The notes beneath the pieces were generated by a model. That model had not been told where the DNA came from. It was given only the letters and a program-made list of their open reading frames with translations, and ran no database searches. Shown here one piece after another: positions 24,308-38,528 of a stretch of DNA of 64,000 nt. Position 1 is the first letter of the stretch. The number at the start of each line of letters is the position of its first letter. Source of the DNA: Isurus oxyrinchus. Lineage: Eukaryota. The stretch spans positions 121,706,001 through 121,770,000 of the forward strand of contig JANJGN010000005.1 of assembly GCA_026770705.1 (NCBI GenBank). Direction: 5' to 3'. Both the position numbers and the translations under genes were made by a program.

Positions 24308-25066
24308 TCACCTATTAGTACTATAATCTAGTTGTCTAAGTGACCTAGTAGTCAAAAATAATGCACATATTGAAATTGATAAAATTAATTTTATAACATT
24401 TGAGCAACTAAGAGTGAGATTCCTCCTGTCAGTACTTTTTTCCGAAAAGTTAGTGGGAGCATACAATATTGGAAATCTCAATTTTTAATTATGCCGCATT
24501 TTTAAATTTTAAGAACCCTGGAGAAAAATATATTTCATATTTAACAAATGTTGACTACATTCATTGTAAGCGTTATGCTTCAGGAGCAGAACTTCATATA
24601 AACATTACTAGCATTTCGAGTTACGTTTGCCACTGGAACAATATCAAATTCCATGAAGAAAGTCAAAGCCTAAGTTTTCAGATCTTGGAAACTTGTGCAT
24701 GGTACAGATATTTAATGAATAATAAATGAAATGCTTGTTGCATAAAGATTCATCAGGAAAAGGTTTGGGGTGGTAGGGGCTTATACTGTAAATAATAAAT
24801 TGTAGAATGCAGCCACGCTTGTAGAAAATAACTATTTGAGGGATGGCGCATGAACTGAAAGCTGTAATTTTGACAGGTGGCAAGGTGTCATGTCACCAGG
24901 CCCTTCTAAAGTCTTATATCTCATACTCATTGATTAATGGCTCTAATTAAGGAATGAAATCAAGCATGTGAAGACAGGGGATCGCTTAAGGTCCTTGTTT
25001 GGTAGTTTTCTCATCCAGGTGCATAGCTCATCCATCTAAATATCACTGTTCTTTCATTTATTACAG

Positions 25067-25162
25067 CTGGATGATACCAAACATGAACTGTAGGGGATTC
25101 AGGCTGCTCTGTTCATTGCTAAGCACACGCTTGATATATCATATTCTAAGATATTACACAAG
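25067..25162 (+). pseudogene. Candidate 96-nt phase-0 exon of the coiled-coil host gene, containing an in-frame TAG
   Basis: ctttcatttattacag acceptor, AAG|gtgatt donor; translates LDDTKHEL*GIQAALFIAKHTLDISYSKILHK. Confidence 0.4.
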
Positions 25163-26126
25163 GTGATTGAGTTCATCTGAGTAACCAGTTCTTTTAGGAA
25201 ATGCTCAGTGCATAATTTTTTTCCATTGGATTATTTTGTTTTTCTTAGACTATCCATATTATTTTTAGAGCTGCCCTGTTTTTGCATCTGTATGTTCTTA
25301 TTCTTTCATAGCTGCTCATTTCATGTTCGCTGTATTTGAAAATTAGATCTGATCTTTGTAGTCCCTGGAAACTCAAAGTTCAGAAATAATTAAAGCAAAG
25401 GGAACCAAAAAGCTTTGAAACTCATTTGATAAAAAAAAAACTTGATGTTTTCTGCTGTCAGAGTCGGAGAGGGAGGAAACAGTCTGCAGAGATGGAGTAG
25501 AAAGGGATTTCTAAAATATCCTATTAAATCAGGTTGAATCAATGATTCCAGCACTGTTTGTTTGCTCCGCGAGTGAAGCCACACAAACTGCTTACTAACA
25601 AGGCCTAAAGTCAGACATTACATTGCATAGCTAAATAAGTCCCCTGAGAGGGTAAGCAGCTGCTTTTTGGCCTCCATTATAATGCTTTATTATTGAATCC
25701 CCTATTGGTTTTAGGTGTGAGGTAGTCAGAGGGAGCCACCACCTGGAGTCTCTTGTGTACTAGGTGGAATTATGAATCATTTAAAATCCTACATAATACG
25801 TGATATTTAAAGGAAATGTCTGATTAAACGAGCTGCATTACTGATGAAGCGCAAATTTCTATACGGGTGCTCCACGGCTTGCATACGTTCATTTAGATTT
25901 CTGTGATAGTTTTAGTTTGCCTAACTTAAGAAGAAAAAGAAATCATGCCTTTAGAATAAGAATTTCAATAAAAGTCTTCAACCGAGATTTGTTTCATATC
26001 AAATGATATTTGGTATTCTATGATTAAAAAAGATTTTAAATTCATAAAAATTGGACTCGCCCAACTGCATTCACATATTATAGCTAGCTGTTTTGGCATC
26101 TGCAGAACAAAAAAAATGGATTTCTG

Positions 26127-26362
26127 NNNNNNNNNNNNNNNNNNNNNNNNNNNNNNNNNNNNNNNNNNNNNNNNNNNNNNNNNNNNNNNNNNNNNNNNNN
26201 NNNNNNNNNNNNNNNNNNNNNNNNNNNNNNNNNNNNNNNNNNNNNNNNNNNNNNNNNNNNNNNNNNNNNNNNNNNNNNNNNNNNNNNNNNNNNNNNNNNN
26301 NNNNNNNNNNNNNNNNNNNNNNNNNNNNNNNNNNNNNNNNNNNNNNNNNNNNNNNNNNNNNN
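26127..26362. other. Assembly gap (236 N)
   Basis: Run of n. Confidence 1.
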
Positions 26363-29282
26363 TACGACATTGTCCATCAATAAAGACCATCCGGTTTTTT
26401 GCATGAGAATATGTAATTTTCAAGAAAGTAATGCCCTTCTGACTTCTGATAAAACAGATTCTACATATGGTTTGTATTATACACAAGCTTAAAAGCTGGC
26501 CTCATCATACTTTGATTTCAGTCTTGTAGCATAATTAGGTCAGTAGCCAGTTTAATAATTTTATTTATATTTGATGTGCTGTGCCTTTATCCTGTATCTA
26601 AGAACATTCCTGTAATATATTTTAACATATTAGTGTCTGGATCTTCAATTTACTTATATGTTTGCATGTATGCATAAAGGCAAAATAAGGGTGGAGATGA
26701 CGGGGTGAGATGGCATGTCTGAATTTTCCAAAAGGTTTTAACTTGTTACAAACATAAATGTACCTCAAAATGGATATACATAGTGTATAATTATAAATGT
26801 TTTGCAATGGAAAAATAATGACTAGCAAAATTAATGGATATTCGAAAACTGCGGCCTTCAGTTTTCTGCAGGGACAGTGCATAATATTACCTTCATTCTC
26901 TACATGTACAAATCTGTGGCATTCATGATAGCAGCATTTGATACCAGATCACTGTCTGTGCAGCTGTGCCTTAATATGGCTATCAACTACTCAACCTCTG
27001 TGGCTGTGAAATGCATTAGATAGGATATTTCATGGCTTTTTCAATATATTTAGAAAATTCTTTTTGTTATTTCCATTTTTATACCCTTATTCAGTTTGAT
27101 ATGAATTACAGCTTTGTAAATTTTTTGTATAGGAATTGCCATGTTAAAATATGGCTACTTCACTGATGTAAGAGAATGTGCTCAAGGAATGGGGAGGGTA
27201 GGAATTGTGAGTACGTACTTAAGATTGGGGATGGGGGCAGGGGGAACTGTGGTACAGTTCCTGGAAAATATAACCAATAGCTGGTGAAATATTTCCATTT
27301 CCCACTCTTTATCACTTGGTATTAATAGATTTTAATGAAGTCCAATTTATTGCACCAAACCGAAGCCGATTCTTTAACTATAACTATTAACAAGTCTTCT
27401 ATTGTAAATTATTTTTCAGTAAACTAAGAGGACTTATGCTCAACGGAGCTTTTGATTCACTTCTTCTGAAGTTATAGCAGCGGAGCAAAGAAGCACTGAG
27501 GAAATTTGCTCTCTGTCTCAGTGAATTAAGAGGGAAGGACACTGGAATGAAGTATTCTTAAGGAAAAAAATTACTTCTTAATTGCTTTTGCTTTCTAAAC
27601 CTCTGCCCCTCTCTACTGTCCAATCTGGTTTCCATTGCCGCAGCAATGAAAAATCACAAATGATGTTTCCTGTGATCATGACCTAGGGTGCATTTTCCCT
27701 CCTTGACCTCTCTATAACCTTTGACATGGCTGACAACACTCAGTTTCCCCAATCCATCCCCCCTCTCAATCTCTCCACTGACTGTGCACTAGCGGACTAC
27801 TTTTCAGGCTTTTGTTTACCTTCATTTAGGCATCGGGAAAACCATTTTTTTTTGATCCCTACCACAAATTCTATATCCTTTCCATTTCCTCCTCCAACCA
27901 CAATCTTGGGTTGAACCAGACTGGTCACAATCCTTAAATTCTATTCAACCCCGAGTTGTGAGGCCAGGGTGTGGGGGATAGTCTGGTCTGGTTCAGGGTT
28001 AGTTGGGGAAGGTGGTCGGGGCGGGGGATTAGCCAGGATGAATGCAGGGGGGATAGTTAGGTGGTCGGGGTTAGTCAGGTTGGGCGGATGGTCAAAGGGA
28101 TAGTCAGGACGGGTTGGGGGTTGTCAGGTCGGGCTGGGGCTGTGGTCAGGGAGTTGGAGGTAGTTGGATGACTGGGGCTTGGGATGGTCGGGTGGTTGGT
28201 GGGGGTGATCTGGGGTGTCATTTGTGATGTTCAGTTGACTTACACAGCTGTTAGGCCAGGTGTTAAACTGTGTAACATTTCCTGGGTAAGTATCTGCACA
28301 AGTCTTGCCCTAAGCTCAGATCAGAGACATTCGCAGAAGGTCCCAAGTGGCAGGGAAATAGCCCATCGGGTGTTTAAACTTTCCAGGCAATTTCTGTGTA
28401 TGTCTGTGCTTCAAGACTTCTGCGGAGTCCTCACGAGCATTTCCTAACATACGTCCCATTTCTGGCAATCCGGAGACCGGAAAATTTGGCCCATCATCTC
28501 ATTCTTTTCCTCATTGTCCATTTTTATCTGCATATGGCTCTGCGAAGCTTAGGATACTTTTCTATTTTACTGAACCAGACTAACATTTTGTGTCTTTTGA
28601 CTTGCTTGCCAGTTTTTTTTAAAACAGTTGCAAAGTCCAGCAAATATTTTCTCAGTGCCTATGGATAAGCTGGTAATTGAACATTATATAAAATCCTCAG
28701 CTGCAAAACTGGTAAAAGACTAAAAATTAACTACATATGTTAAGGAATATATATAAAATGCAAGCTATGTTTTTATGGTATTTACAGAATAATGCACACT
28801 TTTGAAATTTGATCCCGTGAACAGCAATAATCCATTTAATACAATTTGAGTTACTCAGTCACTAAATCAGTGGCCCTAATGTTATATTTTGCATGGCACA
28901 ATTATTCTATTCTTATAAAAAAGAGTATTCTCCAACTCACTATGAGTCATGGGAGATCAATTTCAGTATGTTGTGCGCCTGTATCTTCTATATGTATATG
29001 AATGTTTCCTGTTCATCCATGTGTCAGCCATGTTGGTAGTACCTTTGCCTCTGAATCAGAAGGTTGTGTAGGACTTGAGCGCAAAAATCAAGGTTGACAA
29101 TCTAGTGCAGTATTAAGGGAGTGCTGCACTGTTGGAGGTGCTGTTTTTATTTGATGAAAGTTTAAACTAACATTCCTCTCAAAGTGGACATCAAAGATCC
29201 CATGGCACTATTTTAAAGAAGCTCAAGGCATTATCTCTCGTGTCACGGCCAATATTTATCCCTCAATCACCATGACAAAAGC

Positions 29283-29955
29283 TATTTTAACACTCCACCC
29301 TGCTCTCTTGCCCACATGTCTGTCCTTGGCTTGCTGCATTGTTCCAGTGAAGCCAAACGCAAACTGGAGGAACAACACCTCATCTTCCGACTAGGCACTT
29401 TACAGCCTTCCGGACTGAATATTGAATTCAACAACTTTAGGTCGTGAGCTCCCTCCCCCATCCCCACCCCTTTCTGTTTCCCCTTTCCTTTTTTTTCCAA
29501 TAAATTATAAAGATTTTCCTTTTCCCACCTATTGCCATTATAAAAAAAAACACCCCCACTAGAGCTATACCTTGAGTGCCCTACCATCCATTCTTAATTA
29601 GCACATTCGTTTAGATAATATCACCAACTTTAACTTTAACACCTATGTGTTCTATTGTACTATTGTCGTTGACATCTTTTGATGATCTGCTTCTATCACT
29701 GCTTGTTTGTCCATACAACCACACCCCCCCACCACCTCTCTCTCTCTTTATCTCTCCGCCCCCCACACACACACACCTTAAACCAGCTTATATTTCAACT
29801 CTTTCTTGGACTCGAACTCAAGTTCTGTCGAAGGGTCATGAGGACTCGAAACGTCAACTCTTTTCTTCTCCGCCGATGCTGCCAGACCTGCTGAGTTTTT
29901 CCAGGTAATTCTGTTTTTGTTTTGGATTTCCAGCATCTGCAGTTTTTTTGTTTTT
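29283..29955 (+). mobile_element. 5'-truncated Penelope-like copy (end of GIY-YIG + full 3' UTR/tail)
   Basis: Near-identical to 13982-14616; exact 11-bp TSD ATGACAAAAGC (29272-29282 / 29956-29966). Confidence 0.93.
29821..29859 (+). ncRNA. Hammerhead ribozyme motif (CUGUCGA variant)
   Basis: AGTTCTGTCGAAGGGTCATGAGGACTCGAAACGTCAACT. Confidence 0.75.
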
Positions 29956-31565
29956 ATGACAAAAGCAGATTGTTGGTTTGAGGGAAGTTGCAAATTAGCT
30001 GCTGTGTTTCCCCTACATTGCAGCAGTGACTACATTTTAAAAATACTTTTTTTGGCTATAAAGAGCTTTGGGACGTTTGGTGGTTTTTAAAGATGCTATG
30101 TAAATGCTTGTCTGGGTTAATCATAGCCAAAGTTAATCTTGGTAAATTGATTAGCTCACACATAAGTTTCTTCTAATGATCTTTCAAGACAATGGAGAGA
30201 GAAGAACTGTGATTTAGAATTTACAGAGAAATTTTCTCTCTGATAGATCAGGGTTCAAATCTGCGAATAACCTGTGCCTGTTGATTGCAATGCAAACACT
30301 AAAGGAATATACAAGGATAATTGGTGGACATTTGCGTGCAATATGGCACGCTTTAATTAAACATTTGGTTTGGAATGTTTATTTTGTTTTGTATTGTGAC
30401 CAAGTTGATGCTATAATGGACAGTGACAGAGGGAAGATGAGCTGTGGTATGTTATCGAATGGAAATTGTACTTACTGGTATCTTACTTGGATGAGTCTTC
30501 AGTTGACCTTGGCAGGAAGTGGCTGTCTAGGTTGCCTCCAACCTTCCTTCTTTTTCCCCTCCTCCTCCTCCTCCTCGTGTTTTTGTTTGTCAACTGTTTG
30601 TTATATAACTGGTGGTCAGGGTTGAGCTCTCATGATGGTGAGATTGAGTAGCGTGCACCATGAGTTTTGACACCCAACCTGCTGAGCACTGCAGGGGTCC
30701 TCTAGGGTAGGCAGGCAATGGATGTTGTTTCCGCATGCCATTTTGTATGATAGCGTTAATTTTAATGTATGCATGTTGCGCAGTGGAGTCATCAGCCACT
30801 TGGTCAGTGGATAGCACTTGTTACCCAGTAGCCATCCTTTGGTTTGCAATAGTGGCTCAAATGTAGCTGACTGCCACACATGAAGGCACCGTGACTGTGG
30901 CCAGAATATTGAGTATTAACCTGCATGATTCGCTACCTATGGCCATGTACCAGCTGGATGGTGAAGACATGGAATCACTTTTGGTTCCAGTATATAGCAT
31001 GGTTGACATGTGACACCTGCAAAGTGATGTGCATGCAGTCAATGGCATGCTGCACAGTGCGAAAGACTGCTTGCTCACTCTACCTGCTAGTCTCAGACAA
31101 GAGTGAATAAAATATCATTAGTTCTCATTGAGTAGAGAGCTTCTTTGACCTCTATTATGCAATAGTGTCCATTACGTAATAGTGTATTACAAATTGCAAG
31201 ATGTTGCAAAGATTTTCAGCTCCTGCCTGGAAGGAGTTAAATACATAAATCTTCATTGCCATGGTCACCTTTACAACCTCTGGTATTGTGGTTCTTGTCC
31301 TGCTCTCAGACTGCAGTTGTGGCTGCAGTAGGTCATAGAATTCAATGAAGATGTCCTTACTGAAACACAGACTTCTTACACATTATCCCTCTCTGAGGTT
31401 TGGACAGGTTGCACGATGGGCAGATATAGCCTCCTGCTGAGAACCCTTCTCCCCTTATCCTGCTTCTTCCAGCAGCCTCCTGTACATTTTCCAAGTTACG
31501 TTGTATTCCAAAGATGCCTGCTAGGGCACCAGTATTTGGGAGCAGTTGCTTTTTGCAAAGACCAA

Positions 31566-31980
31566 GGGGCTGAATTTTACACTTATGTCAGGAACCCTGA
31601 GCCCATCTCCATTTGGATGGCTCATGCCACAGCCATTGAATGACTATCAGAAAATCATGCCCTGAGATCTGTTGCCAGTCACATGGCCAGGAGACCTCTT
31701 GTCCCAGCAGTGACACTGGGAGAGATGGCCCTGCTGGGCAATCCTGAAGAAGAGACGCTGATGGAACTGGGACTTAAAGGCGCTTTGCTGGGCCTTGCCA
31801 ACCTGGGGGTGGGAGGGTAGCTGGGATTGTCTGGGGGATGTGGGAGGGGAAACCCAGAGTGGAAAATTACCTTGCAGGGTTGACTCCGATGGGGACAGGG
31901 CGTCCGATAAGGAGGCATGCCCACCCTTGCCTTGCTACCAGTCCACCAGGTTTTACTTGGCAGGATGGACACTTGGCCCC
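31566..31980. mobile_element. Harbinger-type MITE
   Basis: Starts GGGGCTGAATTTTAC, ends TTGGCCCC; internal similarity to 12110-12390 and 48009-48451. Confidence 0.5.
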
Positions 31981-32202
31981 TGTAGACCATTTGTAATTTT
32001 AAGCAACTATAGAGAGCATCAAATATTCATAGTGTCTTATTCAGAACAGCCAGAACAATTCAACCGGCAAGTTATCTGTAGGTAGTTGATGATCCATTTA
32101 AATAGAGCTGGTTGGAGTTCGTTACTGTTGTTTAAAGCATGTTTACCTGTACCAGGCTAAAGGAGAGTGGCGATTGGAGCATAGAGCTCTAAAATGGCTG
32201 TC

Positions 32203-32292
32203 TGTGTGTGTGTGTGCGTGTGCGTGTGTGTGCGTGCGCATGTGTGTGCGTGCGCGTGTGTGTGTATGCGCGTGTGTGTGTATGCACGTGTG
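32203..32292. repeat. Imperfect (TG/CG)n microsatellite
   Basis: Alternating purine-pyrimidine tract. Confidence 0.95.
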
Positions 32293-32779
32293 CTAATGCC
32301 CTCACCAGCATAGTGTTCAACTTTGTCCCACAAGTGTGTGCGCGCATGTTGCAGATGCTTTTTTGGAGCTCTGAGGCAGTATTGCCCATGAGGATTTTGA
32401 TGCATGCTAAATTTGTGGTGATCAGGTCATCATATTTGCTACATGATGCAAAATATCTGCAATATTAATGAAACAAATGCAAAATCTTTAGAAAATAGGT
32501 TTGAGGTTTTAAACTGTCAACAGCCAAGAGCAATACACTTACTGCCAGAGCCAGGCGAATAGCTTCAAAAGGATTTTGCATTCCAACAATTCCCCAAAGC
32601 AAGCCTGCTATATACATTCTCAAACGGTGGTGACAATCTGTTAACGGAAATGTTCTGTTTCTGACAGTGTACTCCAGTTTATTTAAAAAAAAAATAAATT
32701 TCCTCAAGAGTAAATTATCTTAATTTTGTAAGAATTAATATATTATGATGCTCAGGGAGGGAAAATAATTAACAGGTAT

Positions 32780-33320
32780 CTTTGTATCAACTTTAGTGGA
32801 CCTTTAATTCATGGCCAACCTTCTGTAATCTCTCCTTTTATGCCAATAGCTATGACCAACCTCCTGTTATCTCCAGATTTGTGCCAATAGTTCCCTATTC
32901 CTTTCAATCCCTTATTTAACAGATTTATTAAGATGAAGACGGATCACTTTAGATCTTGCTATACCTCCCCACCTTGCCAAAATTGTACATTTCAACCCTC
33001 ATTAGTAGCCAGTCAATGCTGTACATTATTCACACACCTCAACTATTTTGCAGAACCACCAACTACCAGCTAAACAAAACCAAGTTCTTCAGTTAGTATC
33101 CCTTGTGTCACTAGATTCCCCAAGGAAATTTCAAAAGTAAAGGGACCGCTATCTTTCCAAAGGCTGGCTCAGCTTTTGCAGCGATTCACAGAGTGGTCCT
33201 ACAGATCTAAATGTATCATCATTTCGAGGCACCCTGAAAGAACAAAAACAAAGAGGGTAACAAATTGCGGACTATTTTTGTTGTTTCATTGAGCAAGTGA
33301 CCTTTCAGCTTCCAGGTCAC
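32780..33320 (-). repeat. Unclassified old interspersed repeat, inverted homolog of 57430-57900
   Basis: Shared blocks such as CACACACCTCA, AACCAAGTT.TTCAGTTAG, TGTGTCACTAGA, TTCACAGAGTGGTCC, AGGTAACAAA-like. Confidence 0.75.
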
Positions 33321-34658
33321 TAGCAATTTGAAAACTGAACTACATTCTGATGAACATAGTCACAGTCTGACTAGCTAAGTGGTTCCTATCTAAGAGCAAT
33401 GTGGTTGTTTTTCCTTGCTTAATTGGGGATGCATGATACATAATGGTCTAGTGAATGACATGCATACTCATACCCATTGCTGTAATTTTAGCAGAACTCT
33501 ATTATCTGGCTCCAAAAATGAACAACTTCAATTAGCCACATATCTGTGGCCGATTCGCCACGTGACCAGTGGTAAGTGTATTGGACAACACTGCTTTAAG
33601 GCATTGAGAAAATGTGTACAAACAATCCTGAATTCTCGCCCAATACATCAAGCAGAAATTATCTTAGTAAGATAAAAGTCAGAAATTCCATAGCCAATGA
33701 CTTAATCAATAACTGTAACAACCATATTTTCTTTCTAAAATGAGAGGCATTTCTTCACTGTTCTGAAGAGCAGTTAAACTCTCATTGACTGCATCTTCCA
33801 CAGTCCCCAACAACCATTTAAAGCTTTGTCTCAGGCTGTTTATTTAAGAGTATGAAGGTGCTGATGTCCTTTATAGACAGCTGAGAAACCCTGGGCCACA
33901 GTTTGCCATGAATGACTGTCTCTTGTGCTGCCTCAAAATATTATTTTAAAACTACTGTTACAAATAGGTAAGGAGGGGTCGAATGAGTCTCCTCTTTGCC
34001 CTCTTCCCATTTGTCTGAAATAGCTTTTTTGTTTGAAAGGCTATACCTGCCATTTTAGTGAATACTTAACTACTTATGTGTTTCGACCATTAAAAAACCA
34101 ACAAGATAAGTTTTCTTGGGTCTAACAAAGAAAGAGGTTAGCTTTATTATACTTAAATCGATCCAAGTAAAATAATAAAATACATACCGACTTTCATATG
34201 CACACATACTCGAAGTTCACTCACACATAAATACAGATTACAGAGTGGGGAAAGATAGGTTGGCCAAATTAGATTCCATAAAAAAAAATAAGAGATTACA
34301 GTCTGTTGTCTGGTGACTCAGCTGGCTTCAGGCTGAATTCGATAGTCTCGATGCCCCCGATATAAAGATGTAGACAACTGAGTTGGTTGTTCTTCGGGAG
34401 AAAGCAGTGCTGGGTTGGATTCTTTTAAGAAAGTTCTGCAGCAGGGTGCCCCTGGAAGGTCGCAGTCAACAAACAGGGCTAGAAGCTTACCAGGTAGGTT
34501 AGAGGAAACTGGAGGCAGGATGAACCCAGTTTAGGTCTTCTCCATTTGCTGCTTGTCCTCAGTTCTGCTGAGAAAACATGTACTGAAAACATACAAAGGT
34601 TGGCTTGTCATGTGACTTTCATCCTCCAACTGCCAGGGGAATTTTTAAAAAACACACT

Positions 34659-35165
34659 GGGGAGGATATTTCCCCCATCCAGCAGGTTCGGCGGGGGTGG
34701 TCAAAAGAACGCGCACGGTAGCACTCAGCACTGCCTGTGTGTGAGGGCGGGAGGAGGGCAAAAGCGCAAGTTCGCGCATACCTGTGTGTGTGCACTGGAA
34801 AAGCTCCCTGAGGCACAGAGCTGCCTCAGGGAGATGAAGAGTTTAAAATCTTGTGATTCTGTTACAAGAACAGGGACATGTTATTGATGAAATGTTAAAG
34901 TTTTTATTTTATTTATATTTACTGGTGGAAACCTCATGCTGCCCGTGGGTGAGGCTTCCTAAAAAAATGCAAAGGCCGCTTGGCATTTTCATCTGCCTGC
35001 CAACTGTAAGGTTGGATGGGCAGCGAAAAATTTCTTTCAATTATAAACTTTAATGGCCTTAATACGCCAAAATATCACGCAATGTCAGGACGTACGCCCA
35101 ACGTCATTGTTTTACTCTCTGGCGGGTCAGGAGTGCGCCCGCCTGACGAGCATTATATTCTGGCC
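34659..35165. mobile_element. Harbinger-type MITE related to 2967-3643
   Basis: Shared AAGGCCGC.TGGC, CCAACTGT.A..TTGGA and TTAATGG.C blocks; ends TATTCTGGCC. Confidence 0.6.
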
Positions 35166-37272
35166 ATTGTCTGTGTATTTCAAAGGTGACTTTATTAGAT
35201 TATGTCTAGAAGCTAACTTAGCCAAGGTCCCATTATCCAAACCATTAGTCCTAATGGCCTGTCTCCAACAGTGAATACCTCAGGTGATTGCCATAGATGC
35301 CTTGTTCATGAGACAGGAGATGTGAGCCCTTTGCACTCCCCTGATGTTATTGTCTTTGATGGGTTTTGTGGATGGACTGTCTCCACTCCAATGAATTTGT
35401 ATGTGAAAACTATAGTAATGCAAATTGGAGTTAGCCATCTTGGGTTGTGCGTTCAAATCACTTTAGTCTCTTTGTTTTTCAAAAGTCTGCTTTTAGAAGT
35501 TCAATTCAGATTTCCAGCCGGCGGAGTAAAAATTAACATTTGGCAAAAGCACATCTTCATGGCACCAATTCTGTTTTTCAACTTTGTAGTCTACAAAGAT
35601 CTCACAGCCTAACAGGGTGGTAGAGGCAGTAACTCTCAGCACGTTTAAAAAGTTCTTGGATGCTTACATGAAAATCCATGACCTGCAGGACTATGGACCA
35701 AGTGTTGGAAGGTGAGATTAGGTGGGGTGCTCTTTGTCAAGCGGCATGGACGCACTGTCTCCTTCCATGTTGTAAATTTTCTAGGATTCCATCCCACTGA
35801 TGTTTGGTGGTTAAAGTTCAAGCTTTTATTACTCTGCCATGATCAGATTTTTTTTGTTTTATTTATGATACTTGCCAATTACTTTTACATTTCCTTTCTG
35901 CTATCTGTAGTGAGGCTACAGGTTTTGCACCACTTCAAACAAGGTATGTAGGTTTTCCACTGGGGATTATTCTTTATCTTTGCTTTATGGAAGGTGTACA
36001 AATGAAAGTCAGTCTGGATCAGAGATGCATCATACCCACCTGCTGATACCCCACAACTTTATGTACAGCAGAGGCGCTCCTCCACACAATTTACTTCAAA
36101 AAGGAATCCCTCACTGATTAAGCACAGATGTAGCCCTTCTCATCATAGGCACTATTTTTCCCATGTCTATTAAGATCATCACTGCCCTGTACACCTGTGC
36201 TGGAGTGTCATGCCAGACTGCCAATAGGTTAATCTGACATGGAAACTAAACAAATCAAGCAAAACACGAGTGCATTGTTCTCTTAGCAATTTTACTAGCT
36301 ATCATGTCAGTGTGACAGATGGAATTTTATTGAGTGGTTGAGGTCTGCAAAGTATAAGGTGTCATAGATAATATATACACTTGGCCATAGTGTGACTTTC
36401 CTGTTGACTCCCTTTATCAATGGAAAGATTTACAGGAAAGGATACCACATAGTACACAAAGTACCACATATGTTTTTGATGGCATAATAAGTTCATAATT
36501 ATTGCTAAGCATCTTCACTGGTCATGTAAGAGTAGTTTAAACTTTGTTGTATTTTCACAAATTTCTCCATTTTGGTAAGAAATTTCACATTTTTAATATT
36601 TTTTCAAAAAAGGCTTGTTTATGGTATTTTAGCTCATACCTTAATCCCTTGTGAATGTTATGATTGCTTATTTTGCTACCTGTAAAATTTAAACTTAAAA
36701 GTGAAGGGGCTCTGTGGCTTTTACTTCCTGGTTTGCTTGCTGAGAATATTGCAATGTGATTGGCTGCTGGATGTCATCATTGTTGCTGGATGCCTGGAGA
36801 TTTCCTTGACATGGCACCGGATTCCAAATGATATTGGGAAAGAGGAAATCACTACAGAGATTGCTAGATCTTTGTGGGCAGCTTTCTTCGAGGTCAGTGC
36901 CAAGCACTGTTGCTTCGTTGCTGACCACCGCCTCTATTTTTCTTTCTCATCCTCTTACTTTCCAATGGGCGAAAGCAAAGGAATATTATTAAGAAGTGAG
37001 GCTGCCTTGAAAATAGGTATTTTAGATTTAATTACTTTCATTTGTACTAAGGCTGTTGTCTCTTGTTGAAGAGCAAGAAGGAAAGATAGTAGCATTTAAA
37101 ATTCAACATACGCAACAATTGAGCAGGACTGCCAGATTGTTACAAAGTGTATTAAGTTTTTATTTGGTGACCGGAATGTTGCTATCATTAGCAGATTTTA
37201 CTGGGTGAACAAGGTTATCGCTAATGAAACGCATATGTGCGTAGGTTAAAATACTTGAATTATTAAGACAAT

Positions 37273-38528
37273 GGGCGGAATCATCCCAGATTTTCCTAAC
37301 TGCGGTAGCAGGCAGGCAAAAGGACATTTTACCTGTTGGCTGCAATGTGGCTTTTTATGCCACATTGTCCTCTTCCCACCTCATTAATTATGCAGCCACA
37401 GGAAACATGCTGTCTCGCTGGCGGGCGGCATCTGAATTGTCCGTCATGCTGTTACCACACCGTTTCTTCACTCTGGATGTCATATCTAAACAGCAGCCGT
37501 GCACACAGTTCTCAATGCTTGCAGCCCAGGACTGCTCCAGTGAAGACATAGCCCTGAAAGCCAAGAAAAGTTCAGTAACCCGTCACTGGAATGCCTTTTG
37601 GAGATCTGCCGTGATGTCTTCCACCCCCGCTCCGACTGCAGGAGGTTCAGCAATCTCACCACTCTGGCTTGGGAGGTGGTGGCAGTGGTGGTCAATGACA
37701 ACGCTACACAGATGAGGTTGGCCATCCAGTGCAGAAAGAGGATGAATGATCTCATATGTGCTGCCAGAGTAAGGCAACCGTCTCATCACTCTGAACTCTC
37801 ACACTCACAAGGCCATCACACATTCACTGGCAACTCACTCATTGCCAGCTCACGGTACATCAGCACTCTCTCACGCACACCCCACATCTCCTTCTGGCCT
37901 CAGCCCCTCTGGAGACTGCCCCCTCAGCCCTCACCATCTTGAGGCCACTTTCACAAATCAGCAAGTGCACAACCCTGGGATAATCCCCTTCCCCAAACAA
38001 GCCCAAGCCCTGCAGCTGTTGAAAAGCCCTGCAGCCCCTTTCTCCCCCTTCCCCAAACAAGCTCAAGCCCTGCAGCTGTTGAAAAGCTACCCCCCCCCCT
38101 TCCAGCTGGTTTGGTAGATGGAGACCTGCCCGTGAGCCCCCCTAAAAGTGATGTGTTGCTGCCTGCGAAGCCTGGCGCTGATGACCGTGAGTGCTGCCTG
38201 AAGCAAGGTAGGCAAACAAGCCCTGAGTGAAGTGCAGCTTACCAGATGCACGTCGCTTATGTATAGTCGTGAAACACATGCTGAGGCGGTTGGATGACCC
38301 AGTGTGGGGGGATGATTCCAGTGGGCAGGGACTATAATGATATGCAGATGCATTAAAACGATGTTCCGGACGTCCGGTGGCGGGAAACGTGGCCCACCAT
38401 GGACAGGTGGAGTGCACAATCCCAAATGCTTTCATGATGTTGTGAAACCAATTTATGGCCTTCCCGCCATATTGTTCGCTCACACCTGTTGTGACGCCAG
38501 ACACCAGTGGCGACGGAAAATTCCAGCC
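37273..38528 (+). mobile_element. Non-autonomous Harbinger deletion derivative retaining the first Myb/SANT exon
   Basis: Left end is the reverse-complement homolog of 44250-44314, right end of 39260-39550; TLAWEVVAVVVNDNATQMRLAIQCRKRMNDL followed by gtaagg donor; TIR-like GGGCGGAAT / TTCCAGCC. Confidence 0.8.
37985..38087. repeat. Two-copy tandem repeat, 60-bp period
   Basis: CCCCTTCCCCAAACAAGC(C/T)CAAGCCCTGCAGCTGTTGAAAAGC occurs twice. Confidence 0.9.

Larger units (their letters stand above)
29020..30113 (+). mobile_element. tRNA-derived Deu-domain SINE (AmnSINE1/SacSINE1-like), split by a Penelope-like insertion
   Basis: GTGCTGCACTGTTGGAGGTGC...AAAGATCCCATGGCACTATT...GGCCAATATTTATCCCTCAA and 3' part GCAAATTAGCTGC...GCTTTGGGACG resemble the Deu-SINE consensus as recalled. 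Confidence 0.75.

Noticed and set aside
25965-26486. Long ORFs in several frames
   Set aside because: Artefacts of the N gap.
27420-27555. Possible additional host exon
   Set aside because: Stops in most frames and weak or ambiguous splice sites.
33956-35613. Possible solo LTR (also 59385-60710)
   Set aside because: TG...CA-like ends but no matching TSD and no second copy in the window.
35911-35943. 33-nt micro-exon candidate with good splice signals
   Set aside because: Phase 0 begins with TGA, so it is incompatible with the phase-0 neighbours; no other support.
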